A stretch of DNA of 64,000 bases from NCBI GenBank assembly GCA_964270895.1, contig OZ185443.1; one strand, given 5' to 3'. Source of the DNA: Podarcis filfolensis (Eukaryota). The number at the start of each line of letters is the position of its first letter. Position 1 is the first letter of the stretch. The translations under genes and the position numbers were made by a program. The notes beneath the pieces were generated by a model. That model had not been told where the DNA came from and did not search any database. It saw only the letters and a list, made by a program, of their open reading frames with translations. This document shows, piece after piece, positions 37,561 to 50,443 of this stretch.

Positions 37561-38664
37561 TTTTTAATTGATCAGGAAAGAAGGTACAGTTAGTCTGGTG
37601 TGGGTAGTTCTGTGTTGACATTTTGTAATCACAGTATTCTCCTACTCCTATGTTCACGGGCAACAGAGACTACTTAAGGAATAGCACATGGTAGTTTGCA
37701 ACTCATCTTCAGATGATAGGGTCATTTTGCAGGTGCAACTGGAAAAAAAGAGCTATTGGGGGTCCAAAAGGGGCTTCAGGACATTTAATGCAGCAGACTA
37801 ACATGCTAGAGACATAATGTTAGCTACAGGGGGCCATTCTGGTAGAATAAAAGGGGAATTATGTAATGGGCCTAAATTAGCCAGTCAGCTATTTATTTAT
37901 TTTTTAATGCTCTGGCTATATTGTTTCTCTCATTCTAATTGGCTGGATAGAGATAATTTGTTACAAAAAAACCAACATGATCACATTCTACAGTACTTTG
38001 GCAGAGCCAAATCAAAGCAGCCCTCACAGGTAGTAATGAGAACTTCAGCATAACGATATTTTCTATGAAGCATTTCTAAGATGTTCCCTGCAGTACTTTA
38101 AATACTAGTCTTTCAGAGAAAAGAAAGCTATGCCACGGCTTTTAGTTGTTGTAATAAAGCACTCACCAGCTGTTCAGCCCATTTGCATTGCTCCAGGGTT
38201 TGCTCCTCCTTGGGTTGTTGATGCAATCTGAAGTTGATTTCATTTTTCACAAGAGCAGTGAGATGCATACCTTCAAGAGCACTGGGGCAGAGTGGAATAA
38301 TTTCCATTCTGAATTCAGAAGTGAAACTTCCAAAGGGCACAGGGCTAAATCCTTCTTAGTTTACCCTCAAGACAGTTTGGATAATGTTCAGTGGTTTGGG
38401 TAATGTTTTGTATGGTATCTGCTTAGTATTTTCTACCCAACATAGTTCTGTTGTCATCATGTGTGAAAATCATAAAGATCCATGAGGAACTGTGCCCGGG
38501 GTCAATGTTTTTGAGGTGCTTGCAAGCTCTGGATCTCTGATTTCTACTTCACAGTGTACCAATATAAGCTTTCATTTGATAGTGGCTTGTGGGGGTAAAA
38601 CCATGCAAATCCCAAAGATCTATTTTAATTTTTTTGGATCCACGTTTTAACCAGATCTCTGTGT

Positions 38665-38733
38665 GAGAGAGAAAGAGAGAAAGAGAGAAAGAGAGAAAGA
38701 GAGAAAGAGAGAAAGAGAGAAAGAGAGAGAGAG
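38665..38733. repeat. (GAGAGAAA)n microsatellite
   Basis: Seen directly; about eight units of 8 bp. Confidence 0.95.
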
Positions 38734-41007
38734 CTTTGTGTTCTTTTACCTGTTGAGGGGAAACATACATGGGGTTAGGGTTGGGCAAATCTGTCAATTT
38801 TGATTTTTCACTTTTCCAATATTTAATTCATTATCCACATTTTCAATTTCTCTCTCTCTTTCTCTCTCTCTCTAAATAAAAAGTTCCTCATGAAAATTCA
38901 ACATTTTGGTAGGAAATTCCAGGGAAGACTGAATGTGGTTCCGAGTGCTCGACCACTGCAAATGGTACCTTCACCATTGTTAAGTGTTCCTGGAAAGCTC
39001 TCCATGGCCCTTGTCGACTCTCTCTGGTGTACTGGTGTATAGCATCCCAGACCTTTAGAAATATAAGAGATATGTGAGTTTGTAGTGGTAGTTGTGTTGA
39101 CATATTTTCCCAGCACAACTTTTTCTATTTCCTTGTGGCTTCCTACTGTTTTGAAAGACAGCCAGTTCTTGTCTTGAAAACTCTAGCACATCAAATTGAA
39201 ATCCTTTTATTTTCCATCAACATTTCTACAGATTCTGCAAAATTGCAACAGAAGTCTCACCTTGTTTTCTTTCAAATTTCAGAATTTTGGTGGGAATCCA
39301 AAATGATATTGCCTAAAATAAGGAGTCGCTTCTTTCTCAAGGTTAACCAAAGAACACCCTTTGGGGCTTTGGAAGAATTTTATATTTTAACTAGCATTAT
39401 GTAATAAATAATGTAATAAAATAAGCAAGAATTTTTTGGAACAAGCATATTTTAAAAGTATCTTATAATCCAAATTTTATCTCTCGTGTTTTTTGTTTCT
39501 TTTATTTTTCTGACTTAGAGTAGTTTCTACATTTAAATTAATAAATTCCAAAATTAAAAGTCAGAAATTATTTAATTGCGCTACATTTGAGAATGAATGG
39601 CAGTATTTCTTTCTCTCTCTCTCCACTCTCTCTCATATAGATATATAGATATAGAGAGAGAGAACCATTAAACATTGTACCTTAAATTGTGATTGATGAC
39701 AAATCTTTGGAAATGGTGTCAGTCCAATTAAGTGGCTTTGTGACATGCTTGAAGCATTGATTGTTATAAATTGAATAAGAAAAATCAGCATTAATAGTTT
39801 AAAGCATTCAGGCAAAAGGGAAAAATACAATTAGTCTGAGACAGAGAACACAACATAATCTAATATGCAAACAAATAAAGGGTTTTTTCTAATAGTTATT
39901 GGGGATTTTACCAAGTTTTAAATTTTTCATGGTTTCTCACTCCCAGCTCTACACACTACTCCTCTGACTCCTATTTGTCCTCTCATTTAAGTGTTGTGGC
40001 TCAGTCTCAGACTTGGTGATTATTATTTAATGAGCAAATGTCCGCCTTCAATTCCAGCTATTTGCTGGGTAGCGCAGTTATTATGTGTTCACTTGCAAAT
40101 TTCCTCTTCTGTATCTATGATCTTCCACTGTGGATTCCATTATCCAGACAGCTATCTAGACTGCTATCGATCTTATTTAAGTATCAGTGTTTTGAGCTGT
40201 TACATATTGTTGCTAATATATAGGACTAAACTTCAGTGCTCATCTGCTGAGTTATCGATTCAAGGGGGCTGCATTGTTAACAATGGAGAAAACTTTTTGT
40301 TACAATTTTACCTCAGTGTTGTGGCATTTAACCCATACTCTGTTAATACACTTCTCTTTGCAACTTCAAGTGCTTTGTATGTGTGTGTGACCACATATCT
40401 GCACCCCTCTTTTCTGTTCTCCAACCCACAGCACCCACAGTGGCAACTCCCTATCTCACAGTGTCTCTCAACTATCCCATTTTTTTCACTCCACAGCTGT
40501 CTCTATACCCCCACGTTACCCCTTTCCTATTATTAAACAATTACCTACTCTTTTCTCTCTGTACTTTCACTGCCCACTTCACTCCTTTTCTTTCTACAGT
40601 CTCTCTGTGTGGTTGTGTGTTGCATGCTCTGATCTGTCCACCCATTCTATTCCTCTTCATGCAATTCATCAGCAACACCAAGTATTCCTCACACCGACTA
40701 AACACCAGAAAAAGACGGGGTGTGCACCATTGCAACCTATTCAACAGGATGGAAAAGAATGATCCTCAATTCCACTCCATATCTCTGAATCCAGAAAGGA
40801 GAAGCAATGCAGGTACTTCTTCCTTCTATAGCCCCCAGCCTTGAGCTTGGAGTGGGCCTTAGATAAACTTAAGTGTATAAATACACAAAACTGAATAATG
40901 GATATTGCATGTGTTGAGTTGGGACACTCTGAGAACTTCACCCCTCTGGTTCTGCAATAGCAATGGATGCTTCTGATCATCTGACTATTATCAGTAGAAT
41001 CTAGTAG

Positions 41008-41130
41008 ACCAGGAATGGGGAACCTGGAGCCCTCCAAGTATTGCTGGGCTATAACTACCCTCACCCTTGACCATTGGCCATGCTGGCTGGGATGGATAGA
41101 ATTTGGAATCTAACAACTTCTGGCTTTGCT
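41008..41130. repeat. Short palindromic squamate repeat
   Basis: ccaggaatggggaacctggagccctcc...gaccattggccatgctggctgg; same family as the other palindromic copies. Confidence 0.5.
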
Positions 41131-41384
41131 GAATCCCCTCGCCTCAGCCCCCCTTCCTCCCACTGTCCAGACTCTCACTTGGGAAACTGGGGAGGGTACA
41201 ACATCAGAGTGGTGGGGGAGCATGCTTGCATCAGAGTAAAATATTAGAGGATGAAAAGCCACAAATGAAGGTTGCAGCAAAACCATATATCTATAGTGCC
41301 CTGTACAAAAACAAAAACGCAACAATGGAGAATTCTTAATACACTGGTATTATTAATTCTGTGGTAAATCCTCTCCTCCTCACA

Positions 41385-41610
41385 GAGGGGAGGCGTTGTG
41401 ATCGGGAACCATTCCCGCACGGAGCAGGAGGCATTCCGGCCCCTGCTCCATGTCACCGCTGACGCGCCACGCCCCCAATAAGCCTGCCTATCAGCAGCAG
41501 GCTTGAGGGTGGGGTTTAGCCGTTTAAACACGGCCACGGCAGCCCCTTCCCTCATTGCGCTGCCAGGGTCTTTCTGATCCCAAGCGAAGGGGGCAGGTCC
41601 TCGAATCACA
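41385..41610 (+). promoter_or_regulatory. CpG-rich module: short LTR-like element preceded by a polypurine tract, or a host promoter
   Basis: agaggggaggcg lies just before TGTGAT(41397)...ATCACA(41610). Inside are TGACGC (CRE half-site), CCACGCCCCC (Sp/KLF-type GC box) and CCAAT; CpG density is far above the flanks. Confidence 0.45.
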
Positions 41611-41964
41611 ATATATCTATATATATCCACAGAATTGATAACTCCAAAATCTAGACAAGGACAATTTTGAAAGCATCCCCAGTAACACTTCAGCAGCAGC
41701 AGATATACAATTAAAGAGGAAAACATGACTTTGAAACTTCTTGTAGTTTTAATTTCAGGTATCCCTATTTGTACATTACTGCTGGGCAGTGTCGTATGTT
41801 TTGCCCCCATCTCTTTAAGATCAGCCACACAAGACTAGTTGGAGAAGCAAAGCAACATACATTGCAAAATGAGGTGCTCATATGGCCATAGAAGTTTACA
41901 TCAAGTTTAGACAGGACATTATAGCAAGCACCTTTCAGAGTGTTTAAAGAGCTTTATGTACATA

Positions 41965-42100
41965 ATCTCAGTAATCCCTATAACCAAAGGCGGGTCAGTG
42001 GTGTTATCCCCGCATTGCAGATGAGGAGGCTGAGGCTGACAGAAGTTTCCCTAAAGCCACCTAGTGAGTTCATGACAAAGGTGAGACTGAAGCAGGGACT
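41965..42100 (+). mobile_element. CORE-SINE (MIR-like) fragment
   Basis: atccccgcattgcagatgaggaggctgaggctgacagaag matches the MIR core atccccattttacagatgaggaaactgaggctcagagag. Confidence 0.6.
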
Positions 42101-42931
42101 TTGGGGGTCAGGCTTTAATGTCATACCCTTCACTCTATCTGCAAGCAAAGCATCACATATTACAAAGACAAGGCAACACACTCTGTGCTGCCAGTGTAGT
42201 GCACAAAGGGAACCTGCACTTCCCCCTTCGCAGCACGATGCATTTAATCTGTATCTGGCAATGGGGCTGTTTCTTACTGCTTCTAAGCAATGCATGAAGC
42301 TGTTCTAAAGGAGTGGGTCTAACAGCTCCCAGACAACTGAGGGGTTAATGTCTGAGGGTGTTAAACTATTGTAGGAAGGTATAAAGCTAGTTATCGCTGT
42401 TAAATTGATGGATTTTGATATCCAGCAGAGCTAGGAATTATAGTTCTAGGCCATTTTTTGGAAGGCGTAAAGATTTCTTTTTGAAGGGGAAGAAAGAATT
42501 GAGTGATCAGAAATAGAGTACTTCTATTTGACTATTCACCCAGGGATAAAGGACTGTTTGCTACTGTAGAATTTTGCATGTGAACTAATTAGTGATTCCA
42601 GCTATTGCTTAGCTTCGGTAGCTTAGTTGCTAGCAAACGCATGTGATGCACTGAGATGAAGGAGCATCAGAATCTGCTTTCATCTGATTATTTAATGAGC
42701 AACATGTGCATTTGTTTGCAATAAAAAATGAAACAAAAATAACAACTGGCTTGGGCTATTGTGCTTAATATCTATGTATTGATTTTCAGGCATTGTTGCA
42801 GGTAATGATGAAAGGGACATTATATATATATAGAGAGAGAGAAGCATTATGATTCACGTGTTACAGAGAGGTGAGAGGATCTGGTTTACCTAAGGCCTTC
42901 AGATGAGTTTAAGGCTGATGTGAGACTTACA

Positions 42932-43025
42932 CTAAGGATGAGGAACCTGTGGCCATCCAGATGTTGTTGGACTATAGCTCCCGTCATTCCTGAGCATAAG
43001 CCATGTTGAATAGAGCTGATGGGAT
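42932..43025. repeat. Truncated short palindromic squamate repeat
   Basis: ggatgaggaacctgtggccatccagatgttgttggactatagctccc is the left arm of the family; the right arm is interrupted. Confidence 0.55.
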
Positions 43026-44114
43026 GTCCGCTCTTCTTCAATGGCGGGCAGTTAGGCATTGGGTAGGACTTTGTCTTGGCTGGAGGGGAGGTTGTAGCCT
43101 CTGCTTGCCCCTCCTTGGTTAAGGGTATCTTGTTAAAGGGATCTGGGAGGAGTAGCTTCTGTCTGATGCCCAGATGGGGGCTAGGGCCATAGCACTCCCC
43201 CCAATGGGGACCCCTGAGTAGGGTCCCTCTACTTGATGTAGGTCATGAGCCCCCCCCCCCAAGTTGTGGTTTATGCTTAGATGCACTCTCAGAAGATGGA
43301 CTGGAATGGTATAATTTGGCTTCACCCAATGCCTATGTCAAACCGTTCACATCTGTAACCAATAAGTATTGTGGCCTATTTGAACCCATAAACTATATGC
43401 TGTTGTCTTGTCTGGTTATTCACTCCTTAGGGAATTATGGGGTCACAGGGTCTTGGCCACAATTGAGTTCCAACAATGCCTGCCAGGGCACAGGTTCTCC
43501 ATAGCCCTCTGCTCATACTAGTACAGTGCAACTCTACACACATCTACTCAGAACTAAGCCCTGTGGAACTCAATGTGGCTTACGTTTGAGTAGATGTGTA
43601 GGATTAAACTGTTAGCCACTGTGTACCAAAACTGGCATATCACATTTATGTTAACACATTCCTATTGAACTAGTTTATGAGATGCCTTAATAGAAGTATG
43701 CACTATGTTATTTGTGGATCCCAGCCCCCAAGTGGTATGAACTTTTAAGCACCATCAGAGATCCCCATCTTTCCCTGGTGCTATGTCAGGTATTCCTTAA
43801 GTTCAGATTGCATACAAAGGAAACACAGCCATCACTCCAGTCATTCTCAAAAGTCCAGCTTATGCAATTTACAATTCTCTCATGATGCATTGTTCTCAGA
43901 TGATCCCTGGAGATTTATTCATTCATGCAGAGAATGTATTGTAAGAACCATAAAGCTGCTGCTTTTTGGCAGCAATTTCTTTTATTGTAGCTGCAGTCAT
44001 AGAAATAGCCCACCCAAGAATGGTGGTTGTATTAATAGAGAGCTAGTTTATAGAATAAATTATCTACGTGGATGGGTCCTCAGGGGCATCTAGAGAGCAC
44101 TAGGAGGAGAGAAA

Positions 44115-44185
44115 ATAGAATGATAGTATCAATTGGAAGAGACATCAAAGATAATTTAGTCCAACCCCCTGCCATTGTAGGAAAC
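44115..44185 (-). mobile_element. CR1 3' tail fragment
   Basis: atagaatgatag...ttggaagagacatc...tagtccaacccctgcc is the reverse of the CR1 end at 28.9 kb. Similar stubs occur near 20650-20700 and 49830-49900. Confidence 0.5.
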
Positions 44186-44998
44186 ACGTTCAAAGAAAGC
44201 TATGTGAATGTGTTGTAAGCATCAGGTGGGTTTTGCCATGTTGTGCCAAGCAACATGAAAGGTAGAATCTTGAGTTCCTCTGTTGACATGGAAGTCAATA
44301 GGTGTCTAATCTCTTATTAATATTTTTATCAGAAATACATGTACATGCTGCCAGTTGAGATCTAATTTCTAATCAACGGGAGGTAGAAGACTGCTTAATT
44401 TCTTGAATACAAAGCAAAATAAATACTCAAGTTTATTCATTAATTCAATTATTCTAATAAAAGCAAACTAATTATCCTTGTCTATGGTTACTAAGGCTTG
44501 TTTCTCCCAAATAGCTTTCAAAAGAGTAGCACTGTTATGCTGTTTTTCAGAATGCTAACAAAGCTAAACACCTTGGATGTCCTCCACGACAACAATCTAG
44601 CTTTCTTTGAAACTTCCTGAAACATATGTGGATAATTTCTGGTACTTTTGGATTGGAGCTGTGCCATATTCTCTTGGGCTCATTCTTCTTCCGGGCTGTT
44701 TCAAGTTCTTGACCACATCTTGATTGCATGCATGTTGCTTTTGCCTCATTTTGCCACAAACAGTTTATTTATTAGTAAAATACTACACAAAAAGAACCTT
44801 GGTGCAACCAGTTATCACATCAATACTCATTTTTTCAGTGTATTATCAAAGTGCAAATTCACTTTGATATTGTGGGATGGAGGGAAAGGCATGAATATAC
44901 TGAAAGCTGAGCCAAACTATACATGATCATCACTCTACAGAATTCAGAGGTATATAATTTGAACAATTGAGGGCTTGCAACATTTCCTTTTACTAAAG

Positions 44999-45037
44999 AA
45001 AGCAGAAGACGAAGGAATTCAGATCTTGGCATTCCAG
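44999..45037 (+). other. Candidate 39-nt exon (KAEDEGIQILAFQ if phase 0)
   Basis: Acceptor catttccttttactaaag, donor CAG|gtatgg, length a multiple of 3, open in phase 0. Protein not recognised. Confidence 0.22.
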
Positions 45038-45084
45038 GTATGGAAAGTTCTCCCCAGTGAGGCTCACTGGCTGACTTCTTTAGA

Positions 45085-45310
45085 TATATTTAGGCATCTG
45101 AAAAAAAAACATTCCTCTTCTCCCAGGCCTTTGGCTAATTAAACAATATATGGCCTTTTAAACTGGGGGGAAGGGAGTTAATGTTTTTGTTTGCTATTAT
45201 GTTTGTATTTTTGTGTTTTTATATTGTAAACCATCCTTGATCTTTGGATGAAGGGAGGTACAGAAATTTGATGATGATGATGATGATGATGATGATCATG
45301 ATGATGATGA
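45085..45310 (+). mobile_element. L2 LINE 3' end with (GAT)n tail
   Basis: aaaaacattcctcttctcccaggcctttg (KTFLFSQAF*), a T-rich 3'UTR, ttgtaaaccatccttga, and a (GAT)n tail at 45270-45310. Confidence 0.65.
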
Positions 45311-47360
45311 AGAATTTCAGAAGCTTTTCTAATCTTTGGCTATTTCTTTCTTTTCCTGAGATTACTATCATTGCATTGGCACTTTTACATTGTACAGGAC
45401 CATTATCAGCCTTCACTTATCTCATTCCACTTGAATGCTAATCTTTTATACCCCTTCTGTAATGTAGTGTTAGACCACAATTTTTCAAAGGGACAAATGA
45501 AATACTCCAATTCACACTCCATCGCTTGGTAGATTTAATGGTAGGTATATCTTCTATGCATTTGTCTATATCAATCAATAGCTTAATGGAGTATCCATGT
45601 TTAGAGCCAGTATACTTTTAAATACCAGATAATGTTGTCCAAAAAAAATGAAAAATGACAACCTATCCCATTGACTATTGGTGGAACCATGACATCTCCA
45701 CTGGAGGAGAATTCTTATTCTAATCTAGGGCTATACTTATATTATTCTGCTTTTCTGCTTTTGCATGAAATCCAATACAGGAAAAACAACTCTCACATGC
45801 TTACAAATAATGACCATATATATGGAGAGTCTTAGTGCCTGCACAGACATTGATTGGTTTAATGAGACGTGGTAGGAAGAGCCAGCTTTAATAGCTATTA
45901 TTTTCTCCCATAAACACCTGTTTCACTCTCTTTCTATTATGTAGTTCATCTTCTCCTTTTTGCTAAAGTACTGCAATGTTGCATGTGTTTACTTCGTTTT
46001 AGCTTTTGTCAGCTGGGCAATTTGCAGTGTAAACTAGAAACATGGGCTGAGCTCTGTCGTTGATTTTCACTCCCAAATCTTGTAGCCACATAATTATAGC
46101 ATTTCTGATAAGGATTACATTCTCTCTCTTAAATTCAGCAATCTAAAAGTCATGTATTGAGCTTTATAAATTCAGAACACTTCACAACAATTTGGTCATC
46201 CAGTTTGCAAAGTCTGTTTCTAATGATCATTTATAAATGTATGGTGCATTTTTAGTGTTATTACTAGTAATGAAGAGAATTCCCCCAGCCAGGCTCAGTA
46301 CTGGCAAGGGAGGAAAATGAACCATTTGTTTCATTGCTCGCATTCATTTTTGTTTCAATTTTTTCTTCTAAACTTTTGGTTTTGCTGCTGCTTGTGGTAG
46401 TTCACAACACTGGAACACACCTCTGCAGCGGCCTTCTGAAAGCTACCATATTATTTTCCCAGAATGCTCTACCTATTGCATTATTTTTGGGCTGCCACAA
46501 AAAGAATAGCTGACTGTCTGGTAGCCACCATTTTTTGGGGAACCAATGTCATTTTCCTTCCACCTTCCCAAATGTCCCAGAATGTTACACAGAATGTTCT
46601 GGAAAAAGAAAATGGCAACTGAATGGAGGCAGGCAAGAAGATGGTAGATATTGTAATCCCATTTACATATGTGGAGTAGTGAATGGATACAAAGACATTA
46701 TGAGAGAGAGAAAGAAATGAATCCTATTCATAATCTTGGTTTTAATTTTGTGACAAATGAAAATTGAACTCCATTCAGTTCATTTTGTATTCGTTATGAA
46801 ATAAATGCATACCCTTTCTTTAGTATACAGAAAATAATGTCTCTATATAATCCAGAAAGCAGATTGCACCTATATTACAAGGCACCGGCAATCCACTGGC
46901 CATTCCTTTCCATAGGAATTCAGAATTTACCAAACCTATTTGGAATGATACTCCATTTTTTCTGCTTGTAAATCATAAAACTTTATAATATAGATCTTTC
47001 AAATGCCTGTGTAAAAAAACAGAGATAACATTAAAATGTGATGAGAACAGAAGCTACCTCTTCATTTTTAATTACCTTTCTTGTCAATAAACATAGGAAA
47101 GCATGGAGATAAAATGCCTGCTGGAATCTAGGAAATTATATGTGAAAATGCGAATAAAACAATCACAAGGTATTTCATGCTGTGGCATACAGTGGCTGCC
47201 ACACACATTCTCTGTATAACACACCTTGTCTAAGGACACAACTTGTTAAAACACCACCTGAGAAAATAATTCATTTAAGACCAAAGGAAGAATACATGCG
47301 ATGGAATACAATAGATCAGGGATGAAGATTCTGTGACCTTCCATGTTTCAAGAGTCAAGG

Positions 47361-47648
47361 GGGTCACGGGTGGCGCTGTGGTCCAAACTACCAAGCCTCT
47401 TGGGCTTGCCAATCGTAAGGTCGCAGTTCGAATCCGCGCAACAGGGTGAGCTCCCATTTCAGTGCACTCTGGTACTCATCATGGTGCTCTGTGTACCAGT
47501 AGCAGTGTGGTCATGCTGGCCACATGACCTGGAAAAGCTGTCTGTGGACAAACACCAGCTTCCTCAGCCTGAGAAGCGAGGTGAGCATCCCACCCCATGG
47601 TCGCCTTTGACTAGACTTAACCATCCAGGGGTCCTTTACCTTACCTTT
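47361..47648 (+). mobile_element. Sauria SINE (internally deleted)
   Basis: Head with gttcgaatcc, catgctggccacatgacc, ACCTTT tail; degenerate TSD tcaagagtc / tcaagaatc. Confidence 0.87.
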
Positions 47649-50155
47649 CCTCAAGAATCCAGCTCCCATCAGTCCCAGCCACCATGGCCAAAGCCTTTAC
47701 AGAATGGTGCCTCCCACCCACTGGAAAAGAAGGGGTGAGTGAAGACCTACACCAGGAACAAAGAGGGGGAATAAAGATGTACATCGGGAACACAAGGGGA
47801 GTGAAGATCTACTCTGGGGACAAGGGATGAGTGAAGTTGCATCAACAGCAGGCAATGTACTCCTTGGAGGCTGCATCTGCTGCCCAACACCTGCAGAGCC
47901 AAAGGTTCCCCATCCCTACTTTAGAAGATGTAGTGGTTAAAAGGTATTTTGAAAATGTGAGCCTGCCATATCGTAATTTAGCCACACACTTCTAGGCCAC
48001 TGTTAGCCAAATACTACAACTAGGTTATAGAATTTCATGTTGTTCTTAAGTGGCCATATCATGGACCAAGGCTGAGGTAGGGTGCATGGACCTGCAAATT
48101 TAATACGTCTATATGCTCCAATATATCAAGGTAACAGAAGTATGGTTGAAAGTGGTTGTTCCAGCAATACTCTGTCATTGCTTGATAAGTGGTCTATAGA
48201 AATTAATCAGTACTCCACTGATGATTAGTTTGTAGGAAGCTCAGTCTCTTTACCCATTATTTACTGTGGTAGCAATGCTTATGCGGGAAAAATGTCATTG
48301 CGACAAAAGAAATATGAATATGAAGCGTATTGTAGGAAAGGTCATTAAAAACCCAGAGCTAAATGGAATCGTATTTAAATTATATTTTATGAATATATGA
48401 GTGGCAAGAATGTACCTAGTTAGAGGAGAGAATGAAGATGATATATTAAGGCAGCAAGCTACCTGACTTATGAACAGAAATAAGCCTTATAAGACAAAGT
48501 TCTACTGTACACGATAGAAGTTAATAACCAGAAACATGATCTAGTAAGTCTTTTTTAAAAAGTCAAGAGATGAAAGGTTAATGTGGTAATTAAAAACCAA
48601 AAGAGATGGATACTAGTGACTTTTGAAAGCATAAAAGTCAACAATTGCCAACAGTTCACACTCTAGGGTACATTGCATCTTCTAAGAACATCCCCCTTTG
48701 AGTTTAATGAAGCTGCACATTGGTCTCTTGGGGTGTGCTGCTTTGAGAAGTAGATATTCTGCCTTGGGCCTGCTACTGAGCTCCATGCAGTTTCCCATTT
48801 TTTGCATGGCCGTTACTGGCAGCCTAACTCCACTAGCCAAAGGCAGAGAATTTGAACATGCACAGACAAATAATCAGCCAATGAGTTAGCACTATATAAC
48901 AAGCTGAAAATAGCTGTGTTCAGGCACTTGCCTGAACACGCAAAACAGTTAACACACATGGGGCAAGGGTGCACACATCCAACATCCTCAGGCACTTGAG
49001 TTGCTCTTCATATCATGAAATTATCACACAGGACTGAAGACGGTTTTTAAGCTCGTTCAGTTGAACACACTTAGAAAGATTCCCCATTATCATCAGTGGT
49101 GGGTCTTAGGTTGTGGGTGCACCACTTCCCCATCCACAGTTTTATGCTGTGATGCCTGAACACTGTGTTCAAGCAGACACTTGTACATAATGGGCCTTTA
49201 TAGCTACCAGTAGGTCACCCTAATCTTCAAGCTTTTGGGTGAAGTGGTTCATCACCCTGTCCTGAATCATCAGCGTATTCAGGCGACTCAGCTACATTAG
49301 TAAAGAAACAGTGATTTGAATGCGCTATAAACATGGGTACCAGATGGCACCAGAAAGAAGAAAATTTTAAAATGCGGTTTTCCATAGGGATTTCCTTCTT
49401 TTGTGATAATGATCTAATTTCTGATTTATTTATAGCGTTCCCCCCCCATGTCTATATCCACCCCAAGCACCCCATTAGAGGAGTTGCCAACATGTCATCC
49501 ACAGGTGTCAGTTTGCCTGCCAGTACCCACCATAGCACTAGTGAAAGATCTCAGTAAATATTCATTCTGCATTACACCATGCCCTCGTGGCATCCAATTT
49601 GTAATATACCATGCTCCACAGCAGCTATTTTGTGACTGGAGCCCAAAATTCCAGATGTAACCACTGTATCCTCAAGCGTAGGTTCATTGAGCAAGAGAAA
49701 ACCATGGAGTCTTGCTCAAGGGCGCTCCCAAACTTGTCTGTGACTCACCTCAGACTGCCAGCCATCCCTCAGCCTTGACCATCACTCCACAAGTCTTCAG
49801 GCTGCCTGAAACTCTACATGAAAAATTCACAGAATTATAGAATTGCAAGGAAACCAAGGACCAGCTAGTCCAACCTCCTGCATTGCAGGAATCACAGCTA
49901 ATCATCTTCATGTATGACACAGAAAGCTGGAACAGCTGGAGGGAGACAAGACAGAGGCTGCATACGTACCATACAGTTAAAGTACACCCCTTCACAAAGC
50001 ATCCTGGAAACTCTAGCTTTTGGCTCACAGACCTACAATTCCCAGCACCCTTAAGCTACAGTTCCCTGGTTCTTTGGCAGGGTGTGGAATGGGCTTTAAC
50101 TGTGCCTTAAATGTGTGTACACAGCCAGAGTAAGATCAGAGCAGGGGCCCATGCA

Positions 50156-50443
50156 CAATGGCGGAGCAAGCTGATTGGACACCTGGGGCGTCGTGTGTGC
50201 CTTGCGCCCAAGGGTGAGGCCAGCTGCTGCAGGGGTGGGGCCAGCCACCTGCGGTGCGGGGCGAGCCAGGGCAGGATGCTCCACGGAGCATCTGACGAGT
50301 CTGCCTGCCTCCTCCCACTCAGCTGCCCTACAGCTCGGGCGCACTGCAGGCTCCACGGTGAGTACCGCCCAGCATTTTGTCACCCCCCTCAGTGGTGACA
50401 CCTGGGACACACTGCCCCCACCACCCCGCTTCCTCTGCCCCTG
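50156..50443. mobile_element. GC-rich hAT-type MITE
   Basis: Starts caatggcggagc, ends ctctgcccctg; 8-bp TSD cccatgca / cccatgta. It explains the cluster of overlapping ORFs at 50.1-50.6 kb. Confidence 0.8.

Noticed and set aside
39991-40844. Overlapping 181-aa and 153-aa plus-strand ORFs
   Set aside because: Leu/Ser/Phe/Cys-rich composition typical of T-rich non-coding DNA, no motif, and no consistent splice structure. Part could be a conserved non-coding element, but I cannot support that from sequence alone.
41244-41828. Longest ORF in the track (194 aa, minus strand)
   Set aside because: No recognisable domain. It crosses AT-rich simple sequence and the CpG/LTR-like module, so it is most likely a chance ORF.
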